From: Candidatus Peregrinibacteria bacterium GW2011_GWF2_38_29
Lineage (GTDB): Bacteria; Patescibacteriota; Gracilibacteria; UBA1369; UBA12463
Assembly (NCBI GenBank): GCA_000992695.1
Contig: LBUS01000009.1
Span: forward strand, 25,548 to 89,547
Direction of reading: 5' to 3'
DNA length: 64,000 nt
Part shown: piece by piece, positions 44,305 to 55,382 of the stretch
Numbering within the stretch: the first letter of the stretch is position 1
Layout of the letters: each line of letters opens with the position of its first letter
Translations under genes and position numbers: made by a program
The notes under the pieces: model-generated
Databases searched by the model: none
The model's input: only the letters and a program-made list of their open reading frames with translations
What the model was told of the DNA's origin: nothing

Positions 44305-47300
44305 ATGGCATACAACTTAGCAACTTATTTTTTTCATATGCCTAAAAAAACAACAAAAAAGCCTGTAAACAAGGCTTCTAAAAAGGTGACCCCTAAAAAA
44401 GTCGCCCCAAAGTCTTCAAAATCTTCCAAATCGGTTAAGTCGACGAAATCGTCCAAAAAGATTGAGCCAAAGCAAAAAAAGCTCGATTATGAATTGGTCA
44501 GATCCTCTACTCTCAAAACCGGAATCGAACCTCTGAAAGAAAGCAGTCATAGAGAGTATTTTTCGCCTAGATTTGATCAAAACATCGTTATTCCAAATTT
44601 GATCGAAGTTCAGCTTGATTCCTATAAATGGTTTATTAATGAAGGAATCAAAGAACTTTTGGACGAAATCAATCCAATTACGGATTTCTCAGCCAAAAAA
44701 CTCGAATTACGCTTTATTGACCACAGTGTTGCCGCACCAAAATATGACGCGGAAACAGCAAAATCAAAAAATATTACATACGAAGCGCCTTTAAAAGTGC
44801 ACGTGCAACTTATTAATAAGGAAACGGGTGAAATTAAGGAACAGGACGTTTTCCTTGGTTCAATACCTTTGATGACAAACAAAGGCACATTCATTGTTAA
44901 TGGTATTGAAAGAATCGTAGTCAGCCAACTTGTCAGATCCCCTGGCGTTGTTTTCCAAAAAAATCCTGCGCTTCCAAAGTATTCAATCGCAAAAATAATT
45001 CCAAAACGTGGCGCATGGCTTGAAATTGAAACGGATAAGAAAGGAGTTATGTCGGTAAAAATCGATAGAAAAAGAAAAATCCCAATCACTTCCCTGCTCC
45101 GAATTATGGGTTATGAATCAGATAAAGCAATACTTGAAGCTTTTGCGGATGTAACGGATCCTTCCAATCCGGATTATATTTTGTTAACACTTGAAAAAGA
45201 TCCTGCAAAAACAATGGATGAAGCGTATCAACAAATATATAAGAAGCTTCGCCCAGGCGATCTCGCGACTCCTGAAAACGCAAAATCACTTATCCAGTCA
45301 ATGTTTTTTGATTACAAAAAATATGACATGGGTCCTGTCGCAAGATACAAATTAAATAAAAGATTTGGCATGGACATCAAAAACGTGAAAGAAAATCACG
45401 TTTTCCAACCAAAAGACATGGTTGAAATTTTGAAACACTTAATCAAAGCAAATAACGGTTTGATTGGACCGGATGATATTGATCACCTTTCAAACAGACG
45501 TATTCGCGCAGTTGGTGAACTTGTTCAAAACAAATTCAGAATCGGTCTTCTTCGCACAGAGAGAATCGCAAAAGACCGCATGAGCGTCATGGATTCCGAA
45601 ACAGTCACACCTACACAGCTTGTAAACTCAAGGCCTGTAACAGCGGCTCTTCGTGAATTCTTCGCAAGCTCACAGTTGTCACAATTCATGGATCAAATTA
45701 ATCCACTTGCAGAATTAGCTCACAAACGCAGACTTTCAGCTATGGGCCCGGGTGGTCTTTCCAGAGAACGTGCATCCTTTGATGTTCGTGATGTACACAC
45801 ATCTCACTATGGTAGAATCTGCCCAATCTCCACTCCCGAAGGACCAAACATTGGTCTCGTTGTACATCTTGGAACATACGCACGCGTCAACAAATATGGT
45901 TTTATTGAAACTCCTTTTAGAACTGTTGCTCACACAGCTCCAAATAAACCAAAAAGCTTAATTGGAAGAACGGCCGCAGAAACAGTCACTCCACCAAAAG
46001 GAAAAAATCCAATTTTCTCCGCAGGTGAAGTTATCACAGAAGCAGCGGCAAATACATTATCAAAATACGCAAACGAAATTAAAGAAGTCGCAGTTCGCGC
46101 ATATGTAACAGACGATGCGGATTATTATGATGCGGACGAAGAACGCGAACTTATTATTGCTCAAGCAAACTCCCCTTTGAATGAAATGAAAGAATTCACA
46201 GTAACACGCGTTTCAGCACGCAAAAGCGGAGATCCTTTATTGGCTCATATTAATGATGTTACGCACATTGACGTTTCATCAAAACAAATTATTTCCGAAA
46301 CAACAGCTCTTATTCCGTTCTTGGAGCACGATGATAATACAAGAGCATCCATGGGTTCGAACATGCAACGCCAAGCCGTTTCTCTTATCTGCCCTGAAGC
46401 TCCGGTTGTTGGAACGGGTATGGAAGAAGTTGTCGGAAGATCATCCGGACAAGTTATTTTCGCAGAAGAATCAGGAACGGTTTTATATGCAGACGCAAAT
46501 GAAATCGTTGTACTTTATGACAATGGTCGCAAAGTAAAATACGAAATTAATGTTTACGAAAGATCAAACCAAGCCACGTGCTTACATCAAAGAACAACGA
46601 CAGAAGCGGGAAAGAAAATTAAAAAAGGTGATGTATTAGCAGAAGGCGCATCAATTGAAGACGGAGAACTTGCGCTTGGACAAAACGTCTTGGTCGCATA
46701 CTTATCATGGGAAGGTTATAACTTTGAAGATGCCGTAATTATTTCCGAAAGACTTCTCAGAAAAGGAACATATGATTCGATTCACATCGAAACTTATACA
46801 ATTGATGTTCGCGATACAAAGCTCGGACCTGAAATTATCACACGTGATATCCCAAACGTTGGCGAAGCTCATCTTAATGATCTCGATGAAGATGGTATCG
46901 TCAGAATCGGTGCCACGGTTTATGAAGGAGACATTTTGGTTGGTAAAATCACACCAAAAGGTGAAACTGAATTAAGCGCAGAAGAAAGGCTCTTAAGAGC
47001 AATCTTCGGAGATAAAGCTCGCGATGTTAAAGATAGCTCACTTAGACTCCCGGGTGGAGAAAAAGGTAAAGTTATCGGTATTCAAATGTTCTCAAGAAAA
47101 GACGGCGACGAGCTTGCAAACGGAGTTAACAAACAAATTAGAGTCTCAGTTGCTCAAACAAGAAAAATCTCAATCGGTGACAAAGTCGCCGGACGCCATG
47201 GTAACAAGGGTGTCATCTCAATCATTGTTCCTGAAGAAGACATGCCATTCTTGGCAGATGGAACACCGGTTGATATCGTATTAAACCCACTTGGTGTCAC

Positions 47301-48036
47301 ATCCCGTATGAACATCGGACAAATTCTTGAAACACATCTTGGATGGGCCGCAAGAACTCTTGATATAAAAGTTGCAACACCTGCATTAAACGGAGTAAGC
47401 CATGAAACAATTTCCAACTTACTTAAAAAAGCGGGATTACCTGAAGATGGTAAAACAGATTTATATGATGGAAAAAGCGGAGATAAATTCGATCATCCGG
47501 TCACGGTTGGTATTTCATACATACTTAAACTTAGCCATTTGATTGAAGATAAAATTCATGCAAGATCAATCGGGCCGTACTCTCTCGTTACACAACAGCC
47601 TCTTGGAGGAAAAGCTCAACATGGTGGACAGAGATTCGGAGAAATGGAAGTTTGGGCACTCGAAGCTTATGGCGCCGCGCACATGTTACAAGAACTTTTG
47701 ACAATCAAATCAGATGATGTTTTCGGAAGATCAAAAGCTTATGAATCCATTATAAAAGGTGAATTGATCAAAAAACCACGCACACCGGAAGGATTCAATG
47801 TTCTTATTAAAGAACTTCAAAGTTTGTGTCTTGATGTAACTCTCCTTCAAACAAAAGCGCCTGAAGAAGATCAGCGCGATGAAGAAGAATACACATTAAG
47901 CGAAGAAACCGCCGCAATTGAAACAGCGGCAGGCGGAATCGGACCTGAAGTTACAGAAAAACTCGAAGAACTTGAAGGTTCTGTAACTGCGGTTGGATTG
48001 CCGGAAGAACCATTGACGGAAGTCGAAGAAGAATAA
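44305..48036 (+). CDS. rpoB: DNA-directed RNA polymerase beta subunit with Lys-rich N-terminal and acidic C-terminal extensions
   Basis: Motifs: GTFIVNGIERIVVSQLVRSPGV, RRLSAMGPGGL, HYGRICPISTPEGPNIGLV, NMQRQAV, GRHGNKGVIS, GGQRFGEMEVWALEAYGAA. The start could be ATG 44305 or 44338 (MPKK). Confidence 0.97.
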   Translation: MAYNLATYFFHMPKKTTKKPVNKASKKVTPKKVAPKSSKSSKSVKSTKSSKKIEPKQKKLDYELVRSSTLKTGIEPLKESSHREYFSPRFDQNIVIPNLIEVQLDSYKWFINEGIKELLDEINPITDFSAKKLELRFIDHSVAAPKYDAETAKSKNITYEAPLKVHVQLINKETGEIKEQDVFLGSIPLMTNKGTFIVNGIERIVVSQLVRSPGVVFQKNPALPKYSIAKIIPKRGAWLEIETDKKGVMSVKIDRKRKIPITSLLRIMGYESDKAILEAFADVTDPSNPDYILLTLEKDPAKTMDEAYQQIYKKLRPGDLATPENAKSLIQSMFFDYKKYDMGPVARYKLNKRFGMDIKNVKENHVFQPKDMVEILKHLIKANNGLIGPDDIDHLSNRRIRAVGELVQNKFRIGLLRTERIAKDRMSVMDSETVTPTQLVNSRPVTAALREFFASSQLSQFMDQINPLAELAHKRRLSAMGPGGLSRERASFDVRDVHTSHYGRICPISTPEGPNIGLVVHLGTYARVNKYGFIETPFRTVAHTAPNKPKSLIGRTAAETVTPPKGKNPIFSAGEVITEAAANTLSKYANEIKEVAVRAYVTDDADYYDADEERELIIAQANSPLNEMKEFTVTRVSARKSGDPLLAHINDVTHIDVSSKQIISETTALIPFLEHDDNTRASMGSNMQRQAVSLICPEAPVVGTGMEEVVGRSSGQVIFAEESGTVLYADANEIVVLYDNGRKVKYEINVYERSNQATCLHQRTTTEAGKKIKKGDVLAEGASIEDGELALGQNVLVAYLSWEGYNFEDAVIISERLLRKGTYDSIHIETYTIDVRDTKLGPEIITRDIPNVGEAHLNDLDEDGIVRIGATVYEGDILVGKITPKGETELSAEERLLRAIFGDKARDVKDSSLRLPGGEKGKVIGIQMFSRKDGDELANGVNKQIRVSVAQTRKISIGDKVAGRHGNKGVISIIVPEEDMPFLADGTPVDIVLNPLGVTSRMNIGQILETHLGWAARTLDIKVATPALNGVSHETISNLLKKAGLPEDGKTDLYDGKSGDKFDHPVTVGISYILKLSHLIEDKIHARSIGPYSLVTQQPLGGKAQHGGQRFGEMEVWALEAYGAAHMLQELLTIKSDDVFGRSKAYESIIKGELIKKPRTPEGFNVLIKELQSLCLDVTLLQTKAPEEDQRDEEEYTLSEETAAIETAAGGIGPEVTEKLEELEGSVTAVGLPEEPLTEVEEE

Positions 48037-48068
48037 TAAATAACTAAAAAACTTTAAAAAATATATCT

Positions 48069-51000
48069 ATGGAAAATGCTCCAAAAATAACAACTCTTGA
48101 TAATTTTGATGCCATCACGGTATCAGTTGCATCACCGGAAACAATACTTTCATGGTCACATGGCGAAGTAAAAAAACCGGAAACAATCAACTATAGAACG
48201 CAAAAACCGGAAAGAGACGGCTTGTTCTGTGAAAAAATATTTGGCCCTACAAAAAACTGGGAATGTTATTGTGGCAAATATAAAAGAATCAGATACAAAG
48301 GCGTCATCTGTGAAAAGTGTGGAGTTGAAGTCACAAGATCAAGCGTCAGACGTGAAAGAATGGGACACTTGAAACTTGCTGTTCCTGTTTCACACATTTG
48401 GTATTTAAGATCCACACCAAGCCGCGTCGGTTTATTGCTTGGCCTCCCAATCAAAGCGATTGAACAGGTTATTTATTTCGCGGCATACATTGCAACAGAA
48501 GTTGATTTAAAAGCCAAAGAAACAGCAAAAGCAGAGCTTCAAAATGAATACAAATCACACAGAAAACGCATTCAAGACGAAGCCAAAGAAGCAATTGGAG
48601 CAGTTGAAGATTTGGAAAAGCGTTCAGAAGTTGAAAAAGAATTCGTTACAAAACTTGAAGAACTCGACCATCAACATTCCATAGCAAAAGAAGAGCTCGA
48701 CGGAATCAAAGTCGGCAAAATTTACATTGAAATGGAATATAGAAATATGTCTGTTAAATTTGGACATATCTTCAAAGCGGAGACGGGCGCAGAAGCAATC
48801 CGCAACTTACTTGCGAAATTGGATCTTGAAAAAATCTTGAAAGATACAAACATAGAAGCTAAAAAAACAAGCGGTCAAAAACAGAAAAAACTTTTAAAAA
48901 GAATCAAATTGATTGGTGGCTTATTCAAAAACGACATCAAGCCTGAATGGATGATTTTGACTGTTTTGCCTGTTCTTCCTCCAGATCTTCGCCCAATGGT
49001 TCAACTTGATGGAGGACGCTTTGCAACATCAGATTTAAATGATCTTTATAGAAGAATTATCAACAGAAATAATCGCTTAAAAAGACTTATCGCAATCGGC
49101 GCTCCTGAAGTTATCTGCCGCAATGAAAAACGTATGCTTCAAGAAGCTGTTGATGCACTTTTAAACAACAGCGCAAGAACAGGACGCACAGTTTTCTCAA
49201 CAGGAGAAAAGAGAAAATTACGCTCACTTTCCGAAATGCTTAAAGGTAAACAAGGTCGCTTTAGACAAAACCTTCTCGGTAAACGTGTCGACTATTCAGG
49301 TCGCTCGGTTATCGTTATTGGTCCAAAATTAAAACTCAATCAATGTGGTGTTCCAAAAACAATGGCGCTTGAACTTTTCAAACCATTTGTAATCGGAAGA
49401 CTCATTAGAGACGGACACGCACACAACATCAAAAATGCTGAAAAATTAATTCAAAACGGAAGAAAAGAAGTTTGGGATATTCTTGAAGAAGTAACGCAAG
49501 ATCATTATGTTCTTCTCAATCGTGCTCCAACGCTTCACAGACTTGGTATTCAAGCTTTCCAACCTGTACTTGTTGAAGGTAAAGCCATCCAGGTTCATCC
49601 ACTCGTTTGTGCCGCATTCAACGCCGACTTTGATGGAGACCAAATGGCCATCCACATTCCCCTTTCAAAACAAGCACAAATTGAAGCAAAAGAACTTATT
49701 GCAGCAAATAAAAATCTTCTTAAACCTTCAGATGGACATCCCACAATTGCCCCAACACAAGACATCATTCTTGGTTGCTACTATTTAACAAAAATGGTTG
49801 AGAAAAAACCGGGCGAAGGCATGGTATTCGGAAGCCTTGAAGAAGCAATGATCGCACATCAAATGGATCACTTGCACATCCAAGCAAAAATCAAAGCACG
49901 CGTTGATGTAAATAAAAACGGCAAGCCGGAAATCATTGAAACAAGCCTTGGAAGACTCATCTTCAACTCATTCATTCCGGAAGGAATCATGTATATCAAC
50001 GAGGCAATGGGCAAGAAAAAATTAAGCAAACTCATTGCGGAAGCATTTGAAAAATACGGCAACGAAGTAACAACAATTTTGTCAGATAGCTTGAAAAAAC
50101 TTGGCTATTATTATGCGACAAAATCAGGTATTTCGATCGCCAGCTCAGACATGATTATTCCAAAAGAAAAGGAACAAATTATTGAAGCAAAAGATGAAAT
50201 AATTAAGAAGATCAACAATAAATATTGGTATGGTCTTATCACAGACGATGAAAGATATGTAAATACTGTTAAAGTTTGGTCACAAGCAAAAGCGGAAATC
50301 ACAAACACGCTCACGAACGTCATCGAGAATGAAAACAACATTCACTACATGATTGACTCAGGTGCTCGTGGTAACTGGGGACAGGTCACACAGCTTTGCG
50401 GTATGAAAGGTCTCGTTGCAAACCCGGCCGGTAAAACAATTGAACTCCCAATCAAATCCAACTTAAAAGAAGGATTCACGATTCTTGAGTACTTCATAGC
50501 CACACACGGTGGACGTAAAGGTAAATCCGATACTGCTCTTAAAACAGCTGAAGCCGGTTATCTTACAAGACGCTTAATTGATACTGTTCAAAATATCGTT
50601 ATCAAAGAATATGATTGCGGAACAAAAGTTGCACACAAAATAACACGCACAGAAAGCGAAGTTATTGGTGAACCATATTTGACAAGACTTTATGGAAGAA
50701 TCCTTACAAAGCCGCTCGTAAATGAAAAAACGGGTGAAGTCATCGCAGAGGCCGGAACAGAAATTGAAAGCGATCTTTTGGAAAAAATCGACAAACACAA
50801 GATTGATGAAGTTTATATTCGCTCAGTCATCACATGCCAAACAGAAGGTGGTATATGCGTGAAATGTTATGGCAAAGATCTCGGAACAAACGAAGTCGTA
50901 AGAATTGGAACTCCAATCGGTGTCATTGCAGCTCAATCCATTGGTGAACCTGGAACACAGCTCACTATGCGCACGTTCCACATGGGTGGTGTCGCCGGTG

Positions 51001-52028
51001 AAGGAGATATTACACAAGGTCTCACGCGTGTTGAAGAACTTTTTGAAGCAAGATCGGTCAAAAATCCTGCAATCTTAGCTGAAATTCCGGGAAAAGTTAA
51101 AATTCATCATAAAGGAAACCAATTTGAAGTAACGATCGATTCCGAAAAACCAATTGAAAAAGAATTTTACATTCCGGCACAAACAGACGTCTTGGTTAAA
51201 AAAGGCGATAAAGTAAAAGCCGGACAACCTATTGCAAAAAGCGAAGAAAATAAGAGTGTTATTAAAAGTGATGTTGATGGAAAAGTAACGGCAATCGAAT
51301 TAAACGGCATCAAAATAACAACATCAGGCCCTGTAGAAAAAATTTACGAAATTCCATTTGGAAAAGTTTTGAAAGTCAAAAACGGCCAACTCATCGAACA
51401 AGGAATGCCTATTTGCAGCGGTCACTTAAGCCTTCGCGAACTTATGCGCTTAACAGACTTATACGCAGTTCAAAAATATATTTTGAATGAAGTAAAAAAC
51501 ATTTACGCAATGCATGGTCAAACGATTAACGACAAGCATATTGAAGTTATCGTAAGACAAATGTTCTCAAAAGTCAGAATCATGGAAGCCGGAGATTGCG
51601 AATTCTTGCCCGGTGAAATCATTGATTACATCACATACAGCAATACAAATAGAGAACTTGCAAAAAAGAACAAAGCTCCATGCAGAGGTGAAAGACTTTT
51701 ACTTGGTCTTACTCGCGTTGCTCTTTATGCGGAAAGCTGGCTTTCCGCCGCATCGTTCCAGGAAACAATCAGAGTTTTGGTTGAAGCTTCTGTAACGAAA
51801 AAAGTGGATACATTAAACGGTCTTAAAGAAAATGTTATCATCGGCAAATTGATTCCGGCCGGAGAAACATATAGAAAGCAACATCCTGAAGACGTTGCGG
51901 AAATGGAAAAGAAAGTAATGACCGAAACCAAGCACGGCTTAAAGAAGAAATCACTGCAAGACGATGAAAATTATCCTGAAATGTTGAAGAAATATAACGA
52001 GAGCTCAACATTGTACCCGATAATCTAA
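48069..52028 (+). CDS. rpoC: DNA-directed RNA polymerase beta' subunit
   Basis: Zn finger CYCGKYKRIRYKGVICEKCGVEV, catalytic NADFDGDQMAIH, and the trigger-loop region GEPGTQLTMRTFHMGG. Confidence 0.97.
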   Translation: MENAPKITTLDNFDAITVSVASPETILSWSHGEVKKPETINYRTQKPERDGLFCEKIFGPTKNWECYCGKYKRIRYKGVICEKCGVEVTRSSVRRERMGHLKLAVPVSHIWYLRSTPSRVGLLLGLPIKAIEQVIYFAAYIATEVDLKAKETAKAELQNEYKSHRKRIQDEAKEAIGAVEDLEKRSEVEKEFVTKLEELDHQHSIAKEELDGIKVGKIYIEMEYRNMSVKFGHIFKAETGAEAIRNLLAKLDLEKILKDTNIEAKKTSGQKQKKLLKRIKLIGGLFKNDIKPEWMILTVLPVLPPDLRPMVQLDGGRFATSDLNDLYRRIINRNNRLKRLIAIGAPEVICRNEKRMLQEAVDALLNNSARTGRTVFSTGEKRKLRSLSEMLKGKQGRFRQNLLGKRVDYSGRSVIVIGPKLKLNQCGVPKTMALELFKPFVIGRLIRDGHAHNIKNAEKLIQNGRKEVWDILEEVTQDHYVLLNRAPTLHRLGIQAFQPVLVEGKAIQVHPLVCAAFNADFDGDQMAIHIPLSKQAQIEAKELIAANKNLLKPSDGHPTIAPTQDIILGCYYLTKMVEKKPGEGMVFGSLEEAMIAHQMDHLHIQAKIKARVDVNKNGKPEIIETSLGRLIFNSFIPEGIMYINEAMGKKKLSKLIAEAFEKYGNEVTTILSDSLKKLGYYYATKSGISIASSDMIIPKEKEQIIEAKDEIIKKINNKYWYGLITDDERYVNTVKVWSQAKAEITNTLTNVIENENNIHYMIDSGARGNWGQVTQLCGMKGLVANPAGKTIELPIKSNLKEGFTILEYFIATHGGRKGKSDTALKTAEAGYLTRRLIDTVQNIVIKEYDCGTKVAHKITRTESEVIGEPYLTRLYGRILTKPLVNEKTGEVIAEAGTEIESDLLEKIDKHKIDEVYIRSVITCQTEGGICVKCYGKDLGTNEVVRIGTPIGVIAAQSIGEPGTQLTMRTFHMGGVAGEGDITQGLTRVEELFEARSVKNPAILAEIPGKVKIHHKGNQFEVTIDSEKPIEKEFYIPAQTDVLVKKGDKVKAGQPIAKSEENKSVIKSDVDGKVTAIELNGIKITTSGPVEKIYEIPFGKVLKVKNGQLIEQGMPICSGHLSLRELMRLTDLYAVQKYILNEVKNIYAMHGQTINDKHIEVIVRQMFSKVRIMEAGDCEFLPGEIIDYITYSNTNRELAKKNKAPCRGERLLLGLTRVALYAESWLSAASFQETIRVLVEASVTKKVDTLNGLKENVIIGKLIPAGETYRKQHPEDVAEMEKKVMTETKHGLKKKSLQDDENYPEMLKKYNESSTLYPII

Positions 52029-52068
52029 TGATCAATTATCAATTCACTTACAATAATCAAATTTTCCC

Positions 52069-52097
52069 TTGCATTAGCAAAACAATTTAGTTAAAAT
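52069..52097 (+). promoter_or_regulatory. sigma70-type promoter upstream of rpsL
   Basis: TTGCAT-N17-TAAAAT. The hexamers and spacing are the same as upstream of tuf. Confidence 0.55.
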
Positions 52098-52124
52098 CTC
52101 AAAGCATTTTTACAAAACCAAGCA

Positions 52125-52538
52125 ATGTCAACAATAAATCAACTGATAAAGAAGCCGAGAAGAAAACCTTCAAAAAGGAGCAACTCTCCTGCGTTATTCG
52201 GAACATGGAATAGCTTGAAGAATAAAAAAACTCCTTTAATGTCGCCTTTTAAAAGAGGCATTTGTCTCAAGGTAACGACAATGACGCCAAAAAAACCAAA
52301 CTCCGCCTTGCGTAAAATCGCAAAAGTTAGATTGGTAAATGGCACAGAAGTTGTTGCATACATTCCGGGAGAAGGACACAATCTTCAGGAACACTCAATC
52401 GTTCTTGTCCGCGGAGGTCGCGTAAAAGATTTGCCGGGTGTCGGATATCACATTGTTCGCGGAAGTCTTGACGCTCAAGGCGTACAGAACAGAAAACAAA
52501 GCCGCTCAAGATACGGCCAAAAGAAACCAAAGGCTTAA
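52125..52538 (+). CDS. rpsL: 30S ribosomal protein S12
   Basis: Motifs: [47 protein letters not shown]. Confidence 0.95.
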   Translation: MSTINQLIKKPRRKPSKRSNSPALFGTWNSLKNKKTPLMSPFKRGICLKVTTMTPKKPNSALRKIAKVRLVNGTEVVAYIPGEGHNLQEHSIVLVRGGRVKDLPGVGYHIVRGSLDAQGVQNRKQSRSRYGQKKPKA

Positions 52539-52551
52539 CCATAAGTTAAAA

Positions 52552-52608
52552 ATTGTAAATTATAAATTGATAACTGACTGTAAATTGTAATATTGTAACT
52601 TGTAAATT
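52552..52608. repeat. short-period degenerate tandem repeat (TTGTAAN units)
   Basis: The sequence attgtaaattataaattgataactgactgtaaattgtaatattgtaacttgtaaatt lies in the rpsL-rpsG spacer. Confidence 0.8.
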
Positions 52609-52617
52609 AAAAAAGAT

Positions 52618-53073
52618 ATGCCACAAAAAAGAGTCTACTACATCCCGGAAAATTCAAGCCCGTTACAAGAAAAATTCATAAACTGCATAATGAAACAGGG
52701 CAAGAAAACGACTGCAAGAAGATTGTTCAACGATATGCTTGAAATAATTAGTAAAAAAGAAAGCAAAAATCCACAAGAAATATTTTTAAAAGCACTTGAA
52801 AATATCAAACCTCAACTCGAAATCAGACCAAAAAGAGTTGGTGGTGCAATTTATCAAATTCCATCAGAAGTAACTCCAAAAAGACAAGTATCCCTCGCAA
52901 TTAGATGGATTATTGGTGCGGCAAGAGGTACAAAAGGCAGAAGATTCGCTGAAAAACTCGCAACGGAAATCTTAGCGGCATTCACGGAACAAGGGACAGC
53001 ATTCAAGAAAAAAGAAGAATTACATAGAATGGCACAAGCAAATAAAGCGTTCGCTCACTTGGCGAAGTTCTGA
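52618..53073 (+). CDS. rpsG: 30S ribosomal protein S7
   Basis: Motifs: KFINCIMKQGKKTTA, RPKRVGGAIYQIPSEV, ANKAFAH. Confidence 0.93.
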   Translation: MPQKRVYYIPENSSPLQEKFINCIMKQGKKTTARRLFNDMLEIISKKESKNPQEIFLKALENIKPQLEIRPKRVGGAIYQIPSEVTPKRQVSLAIRWIIGAARGTKGRRFAEKLATEILAAFTEQGTAFKKKEELHRMAQANKAFAHLAKF

Positions 53074-53186
53074 ACGGGAGTTCGCCTTAGGCGAACGTAC
53101 GTTCTCTGCTTTCTTATTTCGAATTTTTATGCCTTTTATAGAGAATCTCTTCTACGCTTTCTTATTTTAACTAAACACAACAAAAT

Positions 53187-55289
53187 ATGGCACAACAAGA
53201 AGATTTTAAACAAGTTTCACTGGATAAATACAGAAACATAGGAATCATCGCACACATCGACGCAGGAAAAACAACGGTTTCAGAACGCGTCCTTTTTTAT
53301 ACAGGTAGAAACTATAAAATAGGTGAAGTTCACGATGGAGCCGCAACTATGGACTGGATGGAACAAGAAAGAGAACGTGGCATCACAATCACATCCGCAG
53401 CCACAACTTGTTTCTGGAACGATCATCGCATCAACTTGATTGATACTCCGGGCCACGTTGATTTCACGGCTGAAGTTGAACGCTCGCTTAGAGTTCTTGA
53501 CGGTGGATGCGTCGTTTTCGATGGATCACAGGGCGTTGAACCTCAATCCGAAACAGTTTGGAGACAAGCTGATAAATATAATGTTCCACGCTTAGCATTC
53601 GTCAATAAGATGGATAAAATGGGTGGAGACTTTTATATGAGCCTTGATTCCATTCACGAAAGATTGAGCAAAGATGCTGTCGCAATCCAACTCCCAATCG
53701 GAGCGGAAGGCACGTTCAGCGGAATCATTGATCTTATCACAAGAAAAGCTTATAGATTTGAAGGTAAAAACGGAGAAATCAAAACGGAAATAGAGATTCC
53801 GGAAGACATGAAAGAGCAAGTTGAAAAATTCAGACACACAATGATTGAAAAGGCTTCAGAATGCGACGATGGCCTTATGCAAAAATATATTGAAGGACAA
53901 GAATTAACAAATGAAGAAATCAAATTTGGTTTAAGAAAAGGCACCGTTGCGGATAAATTATATCCCGTGCTTTGCGGAAGCGCTCTTCAAAACATGGGCG
54001 TACAGCTTATGCTTGATGCGGTTATTGATTATCTTCCATCCCCTCTTGAACTTCCTCCTACAAAAGGTATGAATCCATATACCGAACAAGAAGAATTACG
54101 ATCACCAAAAGACACAGAACCATTTTCATCACTCGTATTCAAAATTGCAACAGACCCATTTGTTGGAAGACTCGCATATTTTCGCGTTTATTCCGGCAAA
54201 GTCACTTCCGGTAGCCGCGTTTTCAACTCGGTCACAAGAGATGAAGAAAGAATCAGCCGCTTAGTCCGCATGCACTCCAATACAAGAGAAGAAATTCAGG
54301 AAGCAAAAGCCGGAGATATTGCCGCAATTATTGGCTTAAAGAAAACATTAACAGGTCACACGCTTTGTGATGAATCTCATCCGATCAGACTTGAAACAAT
54401 CAACTTTCCGGAACCTGTCATCCACATCGCAATTGAGCCAAAAACAAAAGCGGATCAGGAAAAGATATCACTTGCTCTTCAAAAACTCGCAGAAGAAGAT
54501 CCAACGTTCCGCGTCAGATTTGATGAAGAAACTTCTCAAACAGTCATCGGAGGTATGGGTGAACTTCACCTTGATATCATCGTCGACCGCTTAAGACGTG
54601 AATTTAAGGTTGAAGCCAATGTCGGCGCACCTCAAGTTGCTTATCGAGAAACAATTCAAAAAGAAATCGAACACGAAGAAAAATACGTCAAACAAACAGG
54701 TGGTCATGGTCAATATGGTCACGTTGTGTTCAAGCTTATTCCAAATGAAGCAGGCAAAGGATTTGAATTCGAAGATTCGATCGTTGGTGGAAAAGTTCCA
54801 AAAGAATTCGTCCCTGCTATTAAAAAAGGCGTTGAAGAAGCTCTTAATAGAGGTATTTTGGCGGGATTCCCTGTTGTGGACGTTAAAGTTGAGCTCGTTG
54901 ATGGTTCTTATCACGATGTTGACTCATCTGAAATGTCCTTCAAAATCGCAGCTTCTCTCGGCTTTCAAAACGGTGCAAAAAGAGCAAATCCATGCATTCT
55001 TGAGCCAATCATGAAAGTTGAAGCAGTCACTCCTGAGCAATATTTTGGAGACGTAATGGGAGATTTGAGCGCAAGAAGAGGCCAAATCTATGAAAGTGGA
55101 GATCGCGGTATGGCAAAATTCATCAGAGCATACGTTCCGCTCGCATCCATGTTTGGATATGCAACAGATCTTCGCTCGATGACACAAGGTCGCGCAAGTT
55201 ACTCAATGGAATTCGGAAAATACGACAAAGCTCCAAACAATGTCACTGAAAAGATCATTGCAGACAAAACAGGAGTGAAGACTAAATAA
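53187..55289 (+). CDS. fusA: elongation factor G
   Basis: Motifs: [21 protein letters not shown], plus domains II-V ([16 protein letters not shown]). Confidence 0.96.
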   Translation: MAQQEDFKQVSLDKYRNIGIIAHIDAGKTTVSERVLFYTGRNYKIGEVHDGAATMDWMEQERERGITITSAATTCFWNDHRINLIDTPGHVDFTAEVERSLRVLDGGCVVFDGSQGVEPQSETVWRQADKYNVPRLAFVNKMDKMGGDFYMSLDSIHERLSKDAVAIQLPIGAEGTFSGIIDLITRKAYRFEGKNGEIKTEIEIPEDMKEQVEKFRHTMIEKASECDDGLMQKYIEGQELTNEEIKFGLRKGTVADKLYPVLCGSALQNMGVQLMLDAVIDYLPSPLELPPTKGMNPYTEQEELRSPKDTEPFSSLVFKIATDPFVGRLAYFRVYSGKVTSGSRVFNSVTRDEERISRLVRMHSNTREEIQEAKAGDIAAIIGLKKTLTGHTLCDESHPIRLETINFPEPVIHIAIEPKTKADQEKISLALQKLAEEDPTFRVRFDEETSQTVIGGMGELHLDIIVDRLRREFKVEANVGAPQVAYRETIQKEIEHEEKYVKQTGGHGQYGHVVFKLIPNEAGKGFEFEDSIVGGKVPKEFVPAIKKGVEEALNRGILAGFPVVDVKVELVDGSYHDVDSSEMSFKIAASLGFQNGAKRANPCILEPIMKVEAVTPEQYFGDVMGDLSARRGQIYESGDRGMAKFIRAYVPLASMFGYATDLRSMTQGRASYSMEFGKYDKAPNNVTEKIIADKTGVKTK

Positions 55290-55301
55290 TCAAATTTGGG
55301 C

Positions 55302-55330
55302 TTGCATTGGTACAGAAATTTGGATAAAAT
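55302..55330 (+). promoter_or_regulatory. sigma70-type promoter upstream of tuf
   Basis: TTGCAT-N17-TAAAAT. Confidence 0.55.
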
Positions 55331-55382
55331 CAAGTTCGCAAAAAAAATTTATATATAAAATTAACAATTAACCACACAAAAA

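Noticed and set aside
53061-53096. Two mutually exclusive hairpins at the rpsG 3' end: GGCGAA...TTCGCC versus GTTCGCC-tta-GGCGAAC. This raised the possibility of an attenuator or terminator before fusA.
   Set aside because: No U-tract follows either hairpin. The stems are only 6-7 bp with a 3-nt loop in one form, and one arm lies inside the coding sequence. A short coincidental palindrome explains it equally well, so I did not call it a terminator.
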